Shown in pieces: positions 19,547-29,604 of a stretch of DNA of 64,000 nucleotides. This DNA is from Porphyridium purpureum (Eukaryota): positions 496,001 to 560,000 of the forward strand of contig VRMN01000011.1 of assembly GCA_008690995.1 (NCBI GenBank). The letters run 5' to 3'. The notes beneath the pieces are model-generated. The model was not told the origin of the DNA. It saw nothing but the letters and a program-made list of their open reading frames with translations, and did not search any database. The position numbers and the translations under genes are program-made. The stretch's first letter is position 1; every line of letters begins with the position of its first letter.

Positions 19547-20484
19547 GGCTCTGGCGGACCACCTGCCAAGCGCTCCTTCAATTTAGGGCATTTGGGCTTA
19601 ATGTGTCCACGTTCTCCACAATGGTAACACTTCACTTTGGTCTTGCCAGACTTCCGCTTGTCCATGGCTCCCAAATCCATTGGTGCGCTACCAGAATGCG
19701 ACGAGAACGCCCTGCTATGAGTCGATGACGAGTTCTTGATCACTTGACTCATATCTCCTCCGAACTTTGCAACCTGCTCAGCTGCCAACGCAACTTTCAG
19801 TGATTCTTCCAAGGTCCTTGTGTCCTGACGGGCCACCTCAATACGCAGTTTCTCCTTCAAGCCCAGCGTGAAGATGGTGTTCAGTTCTGCATCTGTCACA
19901 TCTTCAACTGATAACGCTGTCATCCTGAGATTCTGCTCAAATTCTGCGACCGTCATTTTCCCTTGCTTCAACTGATACAGATTGGTGCGCGCTGTCAAAT
20001 GCGCCTGCGGCGGCTCAAACGCTGTGCGCACGAAGTTTGCGAACGCATCCCATCCGGCCTCTGCAAGGCCCTTTCTCTGCTCCTCCGGACGAGCTGCCCA
20101 AAGCAGCGCTGCGTCCCTCTCGAAAAAGCGACTTGCAACAATCACTTTCTGCGAGTCCAAAGCATCTGCGGGCATGCAGATATCCAGGTCGCTCTTCATT
20201 CGCATCAGCCATTCATTGACAACGAGCTTGTCACGCTGACCATCAAACTTTCTCAAACTGCGCCCAATTAACGCGGCCATGGCACGATCGTTGTCACCAG
20301 ACCCAGACGCCACGGTCTGCTGGCGCAACAAAACATGCATCATTTCATGGAGGTTACGATTCGCTTCCTGCACTTGTGCCATCATCATCTCCTGTCCCGC
20401 AATGCGCGCATGCAGCTGATTAGCTGCCTCAATCCATGCCGCATTCTCCTGCGGGACATTCATTTCCATTTCATGGCTTTCCAT
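19537..20484 (-). CDS. gag: Element B Gag (Ty3/Gypsy-type, PMDLG, CCHC)
   Basis: Close homolog of A Gag; CYHCGERGHIKPKC. First ATG at 20484. Confidence 0.92.
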   Translation of the reverse strand: MESHEMEMNVPQENAAWIEAANQLHARIAGQEMMMAQVQEANRNLHEMMHVLLRQQTVASGSGDNDRAMAALIGRSLRKFDGQRDKLVVNEWLMRMKSDLDICMPADALDSQKVIVASRFFERDAALLWAARPEEQRKGLAEAGWDAFANFVRTAFEPPQAHLTARTNLYQLKQGKMTVAEFEQNLRMTALSVEDVTDAELNTIFTLGLKEKLRIEVARQDTRTLEESLKVALAAEQVAKFGGDMSQVIKNSSSTHSRAFSSHSGSAPMDLGAMDKRKSGKTKVKCYHCGERGHIKPKCPKLKERLAGGPPEPEN

Positions 20485-20513
20485 TTTCTCCAAACAACCG
20501 GGCGATGATACCA

Positions 20514-21310
20514 CTTGGAATTTCTCCCTTTCTGCTTTGTAACCGAATCAACAAAACCGGATCGCTTCACCGATAACAGGAACTGGAAACCGCCACACCC
20601 CGGAAACTGACAAACCGACGACGAACCGACACACCGAAACGAACGGAAGGACAAGCAGGACAATCAGAGAAAAGTGGCTAGAAAGGAAGAGAGGACAGAA
20701 AATTCAACTTATAGGGGACTACGAGAGGGAGTGGACCGGTCTTGACAAGTGAAGGGTGATGGAAGGTACGTTTAAACCCCAGCTGCCTTTTTAAAAACAC
20801 TCCAGACCGATATCCGCTCGCACAACACGCTAGCGTGCCTCTCCCGCAAATCCAACCCAAGTCTTCCAACGACTGCCTCAATCCAACTAACCAATTCTCT
20901 TTTTATTCTATTTGCCCTTACCTCTTCTTCTACCTTGACCTGGAAATTCCTGGGAACCAGCTTGCCCCTTCGTCCTTTTATACCCTTCGTCCTTGCTCTT
21001 TCCAGCAAGGACGGGAGAACAAATTTCTCCAACAGGACGAATTTCCACCACAGGTTTTGATTCGTTCCACAACTCGCAACCACAGCCGGCCACGTATCCG
21101 GAAAATGGCCGGGAGGGCGCGTCAAGAACGAATCCAGAAGCTTCGGCCGGCCTTTGACCTTTGCACAAGGCCACACAAAACGACAATGACAAACATTTCG
21201 CAGGTCCGAGATCATCACGCTTCTCGAACAATCTTTCATCATAGAACTTTCTAGGGTTTTGTACTCAAAACCCTACGGCGTCTCTCGGGGCGGAACCCTA
21301 AAATTCCACG
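20514..21310 (-). repeat. 5' LTR of element B, with TATA-like GGTATAAAAG at 20975-20984
   Basis: Direct repeat of 15550-16346, followed directly by PBS TGGTATCATCGC. Confidence 0.95.
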
Positions 21311-21979
21311 TTCTCATATCGTCGTACAACTGTACCTACACCGAGGGAGCTGTTTCGCCCGTGCCGTGAAGCACGAGGGGTCAGAAGACTCAGTCGAGTG
21401 CAGGCGAACGTGTCGCGGCGAGTCGCGCGCCTGCGGCCACAACAACTGTGCCACCCATACACACACGCGCGATCGGCCACTTGTCCTCAGAATCGCGACC
21501 CTAGCGCGGGCTTCATGCGCGCTATGAAGGATGGCAAGCCCACAGCCGCACATCCAGCGTCTCCGTAACCGCGAAACCTGGGTGAGTTCGCCGTTCTGTT
21601 CGCTAAACCGATTCGTTATCGGTTCAACTCGCCGGATGCGAATTTCATAAGCGACGCATAGAGAAAAGTACAGTGAACTCTGTTGGGTAACTTTGATCGA
21701 TTCGGTTGAACGTAGCCCGCGGGAGATTTTCGTGGAAGCTGATGCACCTGTGAATGCAGTGGGTGGGGCAGGATAAAGTCAGTGAAGGAGAGGTGATGAG
21801 TACGACACAGACTTGTACGAGTTCGCAGATAACTGCAACAAGGGCCGAAGGAAGCGCATGAGGAGGCTGGTGAGGACGCTGCAGTGAAACTCGTTCGAAG
21901 GTAGAGGTTGGAGAGGGCGACGTGGGCTGAAACGACTTGAATAGAGGTTAAGATGGCTGGATCACGACGGGGTGATGCG

Positions 21980-22594
21980 ATGTTGTTTGTCGCGGCAGCG
22001 CCTGCGGCGGACAAGGTGCAGGTCACAGGGCAGTGGAATGAGGGTGTCTGCGTGGCCAGAGATGTGCGTATGGGCATGGAGACTTCCCAGAGTTCGACGA
22101 CGCGGCGGGCATTCATGCAGCGTGCCGCCATGGTTGCGCTAGGTGGGCTGGGCGTGGTTGGTGCCTCAGGGGGCGCCTCGAGCGCAAACGCGGCCGCCAC
22201 TCCTGTTGAGCCCTCAATGGCGGAAAGGCAACGTGAGCTCAGTGAGCACTATCGCGGCGCGATGGACTCCTTTGAAAGGCTAGATGATCTGCGCACTATG
22301 ATTGATTTGGCGCTGGTCGACTCGCTGCGTGCGTCTATGCGCGGCCCCGAATACGGGAATGTTCGTATTGATTGTTATTTCCTTGCTACCAAGTCACCGG
22401 GTGTGCAGAAGGACAAGGCAATGCAATCGTTCCGCGTTCTCATGACAAACTTTGAGAACCTCGACCAGCAAGCCATCAAGCTGGGCCGAGGCGAGACAAG
22501 CGTCGACGCGGCCGTCATGAAGAACGAGCTTGATTCTCTCGAGAAGAACTTTAGCAGCTTTCTGGCACTCATTCCCAAGCCGCAAAGTTTGTAA
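21980..22594 (+). CDS. Plastid-targeted thylakoid-lumen (Tat) protein, possibly PsbQ-like
   Basis: MLFV-type transit peptide, twin-arginine TRRAFM, hydrophobic stretch and A-N-A cleavage site, then a helical mature domain. An upstream ATG at 21953 is also possible. Confidence 0.55.
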   Translation: MLFVAAAPAADKVQVTGQWNEGVCVARDVRMGMETSQSSTTRRAFMQRAAMVALGGLGVVGASGGASSANAAATPVEPSMAERQRELSEHYRGAMDSFERLDDLRTMIDLALVDSLRASMRGPEYGNVRIDCYFLATKSPGVQKDKAMQSFRVLMTNFENLDQQAIKLGRGETSVDAAVMKNELDSLEKNFSSFLALIPKPQSL

Positions 22595-22784
22595 ACCTAG
22601 GAAAGAAGTAGAAACTGTTGCCGAGGTATGCCAGGTAAAGCCGGACATATCAAGGGGAAGGACTCACTCCGGCTGGCTTGTTCGAGCTCTGAAAAAAAAT
22701 TTACTTATTCGAATATGGCCTCCTGACGCTCAGTCGCACGGCAAGTGAGCTAGACACTGGCGTCCGAATCGGTACCAGCAATTC

Positions 22785-23069
22785 TTATGAACCGCACGGC
22801 AGATGTTCTTTGAGCGATCCATAGTGAAGACGATCGCCGCGCTCAAATACCTGCGCATAGTGCACGACATTATCCAGCGCGTCCCTTGCTCGCAATCGCA
22901 AATCCTCGGCCTCTTGTTCGGACACGTGGCGGTTCTCCCGGAACTCGCCCCGCACTCGCTGCCGCAATTGCTGCTGCCGGTGTTTCGGAAGGGTCTCGAC
23001 CGCCTTGAGCAGCGAACGATACAGCGCGAGGCTGCTTCGCGTTGCGGGCGCACTGACAACAGGCAACAT
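22785..23069 (-). CDS. LYR-motif (Complex1_LYR) mitochondrial protein
   Basis: LALYRSLLK...RVRGEFRENR. ATG 23069 is the only in-frame ATG before the motif. Confidence 0.75.
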   Translation of the reverse strand: MLPVVSAPATRSSLALYRSLLKAVETLPKHRQQQLRQRVRGEFRENRHVSEQEAEDLRLRARDALDNVVHYAQVFERGDRLHYGSLKEHLPCGS

Positions 23070-23843
23070 GGCGGCGAACGCCGGCAGTGAGAGCCCGCCT
23101 TTGGAGGCAGCGTCTGTGATAGAGTTCTTGCTTGTCTGCGGACAGCTCAAGGTACGTTCAGCGTTTGATGTGGTCTTGGAGCGCGGGACTGCGAAGCCGC
23201 TGCAATGTAAACTGTGTTCGTGGTTGAGCTTGCAAGCGCGGTCGCGGAGGGTAGAGAACGTGGAACGCGCAACTAACCTTTCGTGAATCCTTGAAACTTA
23301 CGACTGTCTCTGTCGGTTTTGCTGCCGTAGAAGACCAAGCGGACTGGATGGGTCAAGAGCGGGATCGCGGATTGCGAGTCGGTCAGTGACCACATGTATC
23401 GGATGGGTATGATTTCATTGGTCCTGGGAGCCGAGCTGGCGCCCGAGCTGCGTGATCGAATGGTGAAGATGGCACTTGTACACGACTTGGCCGAGGCGTT
23501 TGTTGGCGATATCACACCGCACTGCGGGGTGAGTGCGGAAGAAAAGCACCGCATGGAGCACGAAGCCATGCATCACATCGCATTTGACGTGTTGAAAGGC
23601 TCTAGTGTTGGGCGCGAGATTTACGAGCTGTGGAATGAGTACGAGGCACGCGAAACACAGTGTGCGCGGTTCGTCATGGAGATCGATAAGTTTGAGATGA
23701 TTGTCCAGGCCCTAGAGTACGAGAGACAGCACGGCAAAACTCTGCAAGATTTTTTTGATTCCACGGCAAACAGCTTCCGGACTCCAGTCATGCAGGCGTG
23801 GGCCGAGCAGGTGCGAAGCATGCGACCCACACAGCCAGAGTAG
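23068..23843 (+). CDS. HDDC2: HD-domain 5'-deoxynucleotidase (HDDC2/YGK1 family); exons 23068-23151 and 23331-23843
   Basis: Splicing GTACGT (23152) to TAG (23330) gives ...CGQLK|KTKRTGWVKSGIADCESVSDHMYRM...VHDLAEAFVGDITP...DKFEM. Confidence 0.9.
23152..23330 (+). other. Spliceosomal intron (179 nt)
   Basis: GTACGT donor, ACTAAC branch site at 23272-23277, pyrimidine tract and TAG acceptor; removal restores the conserved motif. Confidence 0.88.
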
Positions 23844-23984
23844 ACGAGTCACAAAAAGTGATTTGGCCAGACACCGCATTCGTAATGCGATTGACTTTTT
23901 CCACCTCTTCGAGAACGGCCTGTCGTTTACTGAATGCTCGCGCCTCCCACAATCTTTCTTTTCGCCCTCTACTTTGCAAATGAC

Positions 23985-24998
23985 TTATTCTGCACCAAGC
24001 AGCTGCCCGCCGACCCATTCGGCGCCTGGGGCCAGCTTGACTGGGTCCTTGACTGCTGCGGGCTCCACGCAAATAAAGTTCTTCCAGCCCGGGTCACAGC
24101 CTTCCCCGCCAAACGGGTTCCACAGCGTAGCATCCGGAAGCGAGGGTGTCTTCTTCATTTTGATCAGTCTGAGCGTGGACGTGTCCAGGAGGGCGAGCTC
24201 TTCGGGTGCCCCGTAATAGATGCGGTCTGTTTCCTCCGTCACGTTCACACCAGCGCCCGAGTCATCATCCTCAAAGACGATGGCCTCGTTGGCCAGGCGA
24301 TCCATATAGTTGAGCTTGTCCAGACCGAACACCTTGGTCTGTGTGACATCCGAAATCTGGAAGTAGTTGTGCAGGGAAAATGTGAATGAGAAGGGCTTAT
24401 CGCCGGTATTCTTGACGCGCAGGGTCGTCTCGAGGCCCTCGCCGGACAGGATGACACTGTACTGCGCATCGAACGATGCTCCCGCCCAAGCTTTGACCAA
24501 CTCGCTTTCGTTGCTGCTATCGAGGCCAAACGTGGCGCTTACCGAGCCGTCTGCCTCGGTAGATGTGCTGAGCACTTTCCACGTGACGTTCCTGGCAAAA
24601 CCGTGCGTGGGCAGGGGCCCGTACGGCCCAAACTGTGGCCAGCAGATCGGAATGCCAGCACGGATTGGCTTGCTTCCGTCCCACGACGCCACTTTTGAGG
24701 TGAAAAAATTCTCTTCCTTGCCCGATTTCCAGCTGGTGACGGTGGCACCCAGCGCGTACACCTCGACAGTCTGGTTGGACGTCTCGTGCGACAAGGTGAC
24801 CTTTCCGAGATCGCCATTGCCCTTTCCAACGAGCGCGTCCATCGTCAGGCGCGCGGCCGACGCGCGGCGCCGGCCACCAGCAGGGCGCACGAGCGCGCGC
24901 GAGAGCCGTGGCACGCACCGATCCGCGTGCGCGCTCCACGCCTGGCGCGCCGCCGCGTCTGAGCGCGCGAGCGCATATGCGCCTACAAACCCAGCCAT
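23985..24998 (-). CDS. Glucose-6-phosphate 1-epimerase / D-hexose-6-phosphate mutarotase (aldose 1-epimerase family), plastid-targeted
   Basis: GATVTSWK, IRAGIPICWPQFG, HGFARN, SLHNYF, ETDRIY, LWNP, FICVEP; MAGFV transit peptide. Confidence 0.9.
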   Translation of the reverse strand: MAGFVGAYALARSDAAARQAWSAHADRCVPRLSRALVRPAGGRRRASAARLTMDALVGKGNGDLGKVTLSHETSNQTVEVYALGATVTSWKSGKEENFFTSKVASWDGSKPIRAGIPICWPQFGPYGPLPTHGFARNVTWKVLSTSTEADGSVSATFGLDSSNESELVKAWAGASFDAQYSVILSGEGLETTLRVKNTGDKPFSFTFSLHNYFQISDVTQTKVFGLDKLNYMDRLANEAIVFEDDDSGAGVNVTEETDRIYYGAPEELALLDTSTLRLIKMKKTPSLPDATLWNPFGGEGCDPGWKNFICVEPAAVKDPVKLAPGAEWVGGQLLGAE

Positions 24999-25341
24999 GC
25001 CGCTTTGAACTGGCGCCTGTTCGCTTCTGCCACCTCCACGTGCACGCACCAAATCACGCTCCCACAGCGTGTCACGGAGCGGTAGCGTTCCTCTTCTGCC
25101 GCACGCCAGATCGGAACGGCGCAGTGCGGTGCCAGCCAACTCTCCAAATCCGCCGCGGCTTACACCGGGAGATTCGGTTTCACACGGTACCGCGCGCCGA
25201 CTGTACTCCACAACTGTACCGAATCTGAGCTGTTGTCGCACGCCGCTGCGGCGCAGCCTGTGAGCGCGCTGGATTTGGACGGGCGGAATTGCGACAACAG
25301 GTACAGCTCTTTCCTGCGGCATGTGCCAGCACGAGTGCATC

Positions 25342-25372
25342 TGTGTGTGTGTCTCTGTGTGTGTGTGTGTGT
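25342..25372. repeat. (TG)n microsatellite
   Basis: Visible TG run. Similar AG/CT/CA runs occur at about 26140, 50835, 51055 and 52190. Confidence 0.7.
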
Positions 25373-26804
25373 TTTGCATGGGTTTGCGTGTCTACGCTCT
25401 CAGAACGCGCGGCAGGCGGAGAGATTTCTGCTCGTGAGAACCAACCGTTTACCCACAAACCGCTTGGTTACCTTGAATCCCCAACACAACTACAACAAGT
25501 GTCCTAACCCTCCAACGATCACGCGCGACACTTTTGGCGTTCCTTTGTCCCGCGGTCTCTTACCATGGTGTCGGCTCTCCACGCACTGGCGTTCTCCCAG
25601 TCGATTCCTTCTCGGTTCGGTTCATCGGACGGTTCTCCGACCAAGCGCGTGTGTCGATAGATCGGCTGTTTACTCGCGTCTCATTGATTTTCCTTCCGAT
25701 AAACCGCGCACGGAGGAAGACCAGCGCGAGGGATCAAAAACCAGAACAAGGCACGTCAATGAGCACGACTGATTGGGCGAACTGTACCCCTGTGTTTCTA
25801 TGTATTTGCGTGTGTGTTTTTGTATGCAGGAGGTGGTGATGGTCGTCATGAGGAGGGTTGTAGGGGTATGTGTGTTGTGTTGCTTAGGTGGACGCGGTTC
25901 ATCGCATAATGAACGCGGCGTTGCAAATCATGCAGAGCGACGATCTTACTATGACTGCGGCAGTGTGTGTCTGGCAGCACTTCGGGACGCTTGCGATGTA
26001 CACGAACGCACTGGATTCCGCTCTCTCTCTCTCTTGGTTTTTGTGCTGGCTAGCTAGTATGACGAAGGAGGGAAGCGCGGAAAGGACAATGGGCGAAGAG
26101 TGGGCGAGAGGGACAGTGAGAGACGGAGGGAGGGAGGGAAAGAGAGAGAGAGAGCGATAGAACGCGATACGCGTGGGGCGGCGGTGGAGAGGTGATAAAG
26201 GGGAAGGGTTGGGGGGAGAGAGAACAAGGGTGCGAAGAGGACGGATACGAAGGAGCGGGGCGGGAATTTGCGCTCGCAGAATCCGCGGCGCACGGAAGGG
26301 GGACACGCGGGGGAGAGGGAGCACGGAGTGAGGCTCTGGGTGCGCGGATCGGGCGTGTCGAACGCGTGGTGGGGCTCCGCACGACGCGTGCGCGCGGGGA
26401 GGGCGCAGCAGCATCGCGCGTTGCATACCCAGCCGAGTATGAATCGGGGTGTGTCGATCTCCCTCGAACTGCGGAGAGCGCGCGATTAAGCGGACGGACG
26501 TTGCCGGTACGGGGTTACAGAGCGGGGGGCGCGCGACGCGCGGGGCGGCCTTGTCGCATCGTAGGGCATTCGGGCATCTGTGGATCGAATCCGGGAGCGG
26601 ACCACGCGGCGAGGTTAGCGTTGGAATCCTTCCCGTGCAAGGAAGAGCACGAATCGTGGCGAATCAGGACGTTCAATCGCCCCGCGAGCCCGCCGTTTCT
26701 TCTTGCTGTCTTTGGTTGCTCCCGACTTTGTCGCCGTCTTCTGCTGTGCAAGCGGAGCGCGCGCACAGCGCGGAGGGTCCGTTGGCTCGTGGGCCGCCGA
26801 CGTG

Positions 26805-28673
26805 ATGGCTTCAAATCCCACCGCAATTCATGCATCCACCGAGTACGTGGTGGGCGTGAGCCCGGATACGTCGAGCCATCCGGATCTTGTGTGGATATCT
26901 AGCGCGCTTGGGGATACTGCGGCCTCTAAACAAGGCGTCATGGATGCCCTAGATAGAATAAGAAAGTTCCCTGGGGAGCAGTTGGATTTGAACCTGTTCC
27001 TGGCGACGGGCGGTATGCGTCTGATGTGTGGGGCCACCGCGCGATTTATGGACGACGAATTAGTTCAGATTCATGCGGCAGAGATGCTAGAGACAGTCCT
27101 CGGAGAGGTTCGCAAGGCACCTGCTTATCTGCACGAAGCTGACGGCGTGCCCGTACTCATGCAAGCACTGTATGACTGGACGCGCTCACAGAAAGTGGTA
27201 TCCCCATTGCTGGGCGCGCTTCGATATGCCACATTTCTGCGAGACAACCGGCCTGTCATGATCGATATGGGCGTGATCGAGAAAATCGCCTATTTGATGG
27301 GCGAGTTTGATAGCAACGAGATCCGGTTGCGAGGCACGTATGTTTTGTCCAACGTGTCGTACGGCAACGTGGCGCTCAAGCAGCGTGTTGGTGACTCGGG
27401 CGTATTCTCCACCATGGTGAAAATGATGAATAGTACAGAAGTCGCACAGGTCTCAGAGGATCATATTGTTGCGTTATTCGCAGCAATTCGCAACCTTGTG
27501 TTTGGGTCCAAGAAGAACCAGAACACTATTTATGAGACCGGTGGAATTGGTGCCATGTGTGCTTGTGCGCAGGCCCACCTGGATCGCAGCGAGCTTGTAG
27601 ACAATGCCTTTGCGGCCCTGGGAAACTCGCTGTTCGATAACGTTCCCAATGTGCGTGAATTTATTGACCAGCGCGGTGTAGAATTGATATTTAAGGGCGT
27701 GGAGGCGCATCCAGCAGATCTGTCGCTGCGGGAAAATGCGTTTGTGTTGATCCTACTATGCGCACGAGCCAGTTCGTATTCCAACGCCGAGGTACTGGAC
27801 GAAATTTTGAGACATGGGACCTTGAAGATGATCATGGAGACCGTGAGCAGCGAATCAAGCAGCTTACTTTTGAAGCAAAAGGCGCTGCTGGTGATTCCTC
27901 AGTTGTCCACTTTGCTGGACGGTCTCAGGCAGGCTCGTGAAGTTGGTCTTCTCGAGGTTCTCGTGCTTGAACTGCGGAAAACTGTAGATAAACAGCCGGG
28001 TGAAGGGCAAGGTACACAGGGTGACAAGTTGCCGCTGGCGGTAGGCATTCTATCGGCGATGGCGTCTCTGATCCCAGGCGACGAGGAAAACAAGTCTGTA
28101 TTGCTGCGCAACAAAGTGCTGGAGATCACTGTCGAATTTCTGGAACAGTACATTGATGATAAGGCCGCGGCCGCGCAATGCTTGCTACTTTACGATGCTT
28201 TATTTGATGACGCCGAAATACGCTCTGACGCGGAAGAAAAGGTTATCGAACTCATCGTCAAGGCGATGCAGCTGCACAACACAGACGCGTCGATCCAGGA
28301 GCACGGATGTGGTGCTTTGTACAAGATCGGGATCTGGGGATCGGTCGATCCCAAGCTCTTATCCGCGCCCGAGGTAGTACAGGCAGTTGAATACGCGCGC
28401 GAGTCGAATAAGGGCAGTTTTGCTGTCGAATCGGTCGCAAACCAGTTTTTGATGGTGCTTATTCAGGACTCGGACGCGAACCAGCGATCAGGGCGCAACC
28501 TGGGTGGTGGCGCCGGTGGGGCCGGCATGCGTTCACGCTCGCGCACACTCGGGCCAGGCAGCTCACGCTCACGGTCAAGGAGTGTCACGAAGAGTAGGTC
28601 GCCGCCGCGGACACGAACGCGACGAACCGAGATGGCCATGCCTCGCATCGTAGAGGAGCCCGACGAAAGTTAG
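26805..28673 (+). CDS. Armadillo/ARM-repeat protein with an RS-rich C-terminus
   Basis: Repeated GG/GV-I...AL.NL helical units; RSRSR tail. Confidence 0.75.
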   Translation: MASNPTAIHASTEYVVGVSPDTSSHPDLVWISSALGDTAASKQGVMDALDRIRKFPGEQLDLNLFLATGGMRLMCGATARFMDDELVQIHAAEMLETVLGEVRKAPAYLHEADGVPVLMQALYDWTRSQKVVSPLLGALRYATFLRDNRPVMIDMGVIEKIAYLMGEFDSNEIRLRGTYVLSNVSYGNVALKQRVGDSGVFSTMVKMMNSTEVAQVSEDHIVALFAAIRNLVFGSKKNQNTIYETGGIGAMCACAQAHLDRSELVDNAFAALGNSLFDNVPNVREFIDQRGVELIFKGVEAHPADLSLRENAFVLILLCARASSYSNAEVLDEILRHGTLKMIMETVSSESSSLLLKQKALLVIPQLSTLLDGLRQAREVGLLEVLVLELRKTVDKQPGEGQGTQGDKLPLAVGILSAMASLIPGDEENKSVLLRNKVLEITVEFLEQYIDDKAAAAQCLLLYDALFDDAEIRSDAEEKVIELIVKAMQLHNTDASIQEHGCGALYKIGIWGSVDPKLLSAPEVVQAVEYARESNKGSFAVESVANQFLMVLIQDSDANQRSGRNLGGGAGGAGMRSRSRTLGPGSSRSRSRSVTKSRSPPRTRTRRTEMAMPRIVEEPDES

Positions 28674-29604
28674 TTAGTGTTGGTGTCATTGTAGACAACG
28701 CGCGCGTTTCTCAGTGCGCTTCACGTGCAGTGGATCTGAGTAGGTTTGTGCGTGGTGTGTACCAATATTCTCTTCTTATCTTTCATTTCTCTCTCTGTAG
28801 ACCTTTTTGCACGTTGTCGTCCTGATCGTGTGTCCAGCGCGGCGGACCCTCGTTAGTAACAGAAACACGCCCGACGAGACTCCGTACGCCGCACGCGCCG
28901 GGGCGGGGGCTAGGAAATACGACTGCCAGGCAAGCACGCGGCACAGCTACCGCGCCGACTAGGCATTTTGTACCCTCACTCCAGGATTCCAAGCGCCATG
29001 TCTGACACCTACACACACGCGCCCACTGTCCCTTTGCGTACACCAACCGCGCACGCAGCCTATCATGACATCGATTACACCTCTCGTCGAACTGAACCCC
29101 TGCGATCCAACACACACGCCAGCTGTACACCCACGCCCATCTACTCAAAGCAAAAGTGCGAAGCACGTGTCTGTGCGCCGATCGCGTGCAAAGGCCCCCT
29201 TTTGTGGTGCATACCAAAAGAGGCGTGTTTGGATAGACGCCGCGATCGCGCTGGGAAAAGGGGGCGTTGCGGGAAGAACGCGTGAGGAAGGAGAGGCGGT
29301 GTGCGTGCTGTGGGGGGTGGGGGTGAGTGGATGGGGGATAAGGTTTGTGCACTCGCGCAGCGGATCGGGCGTGGTCGTGCAGACAAGGACATAGGGGGGA
29401 GAGAGGGGTTGTGTGTGTGCATGTGTGTATGTGCGCTGAAGGTGTGGGACGGAGGGCGAGAGTGAGGGCAGGGGACACGCGCGCGGTTGGGGATCGCGTC
29501 GCGCGCGTGCATTGTGACGAGTGCACAGCGGAAGAGGCTGGGGGAGCCCCCACGCGGAATTACGAAGAGCGCGACTGCGCCGGGGTGCACGGGCGCCGCG
29601 CAAG

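Larger units (their letters stand above)
15550..21310 (-). mobile_element. LTR retrotransposon B (5761 bp), intact relative of A with a largely different LTR sequence
   Basis: 797-bp LTRs at 15550-16346 and 20514-21310, with no difference seen by eye. 5-bp TSD TTCTC (15545-15549, 21311-21315). PBS 20502-20513, PPT 16347-16357, uninterrupted gag and pol. Confidence 0.95.

Noticed and set aside
21581..21633. B-box-like GGTTCAACTCG within a hairpin about 300 bp from the insertion hotspot (possible tRNA/Pol III target)
   Set aside because: No cloverleaf, convincing A-box or oligo-T terminator could be built by eye; tRNAscan-SE would settle it.
25000..26800. Many overlapping ORFs in long intergenic regions (also 28.7-29.6, 47.3-48.6, 50.8-52.4 and 56.4-58.3 kb)
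   Set aside because: Low-complexity, microsatellite-rich GC sequence with no family motifs; consistent with chance ORFs in UTRs and promoters.
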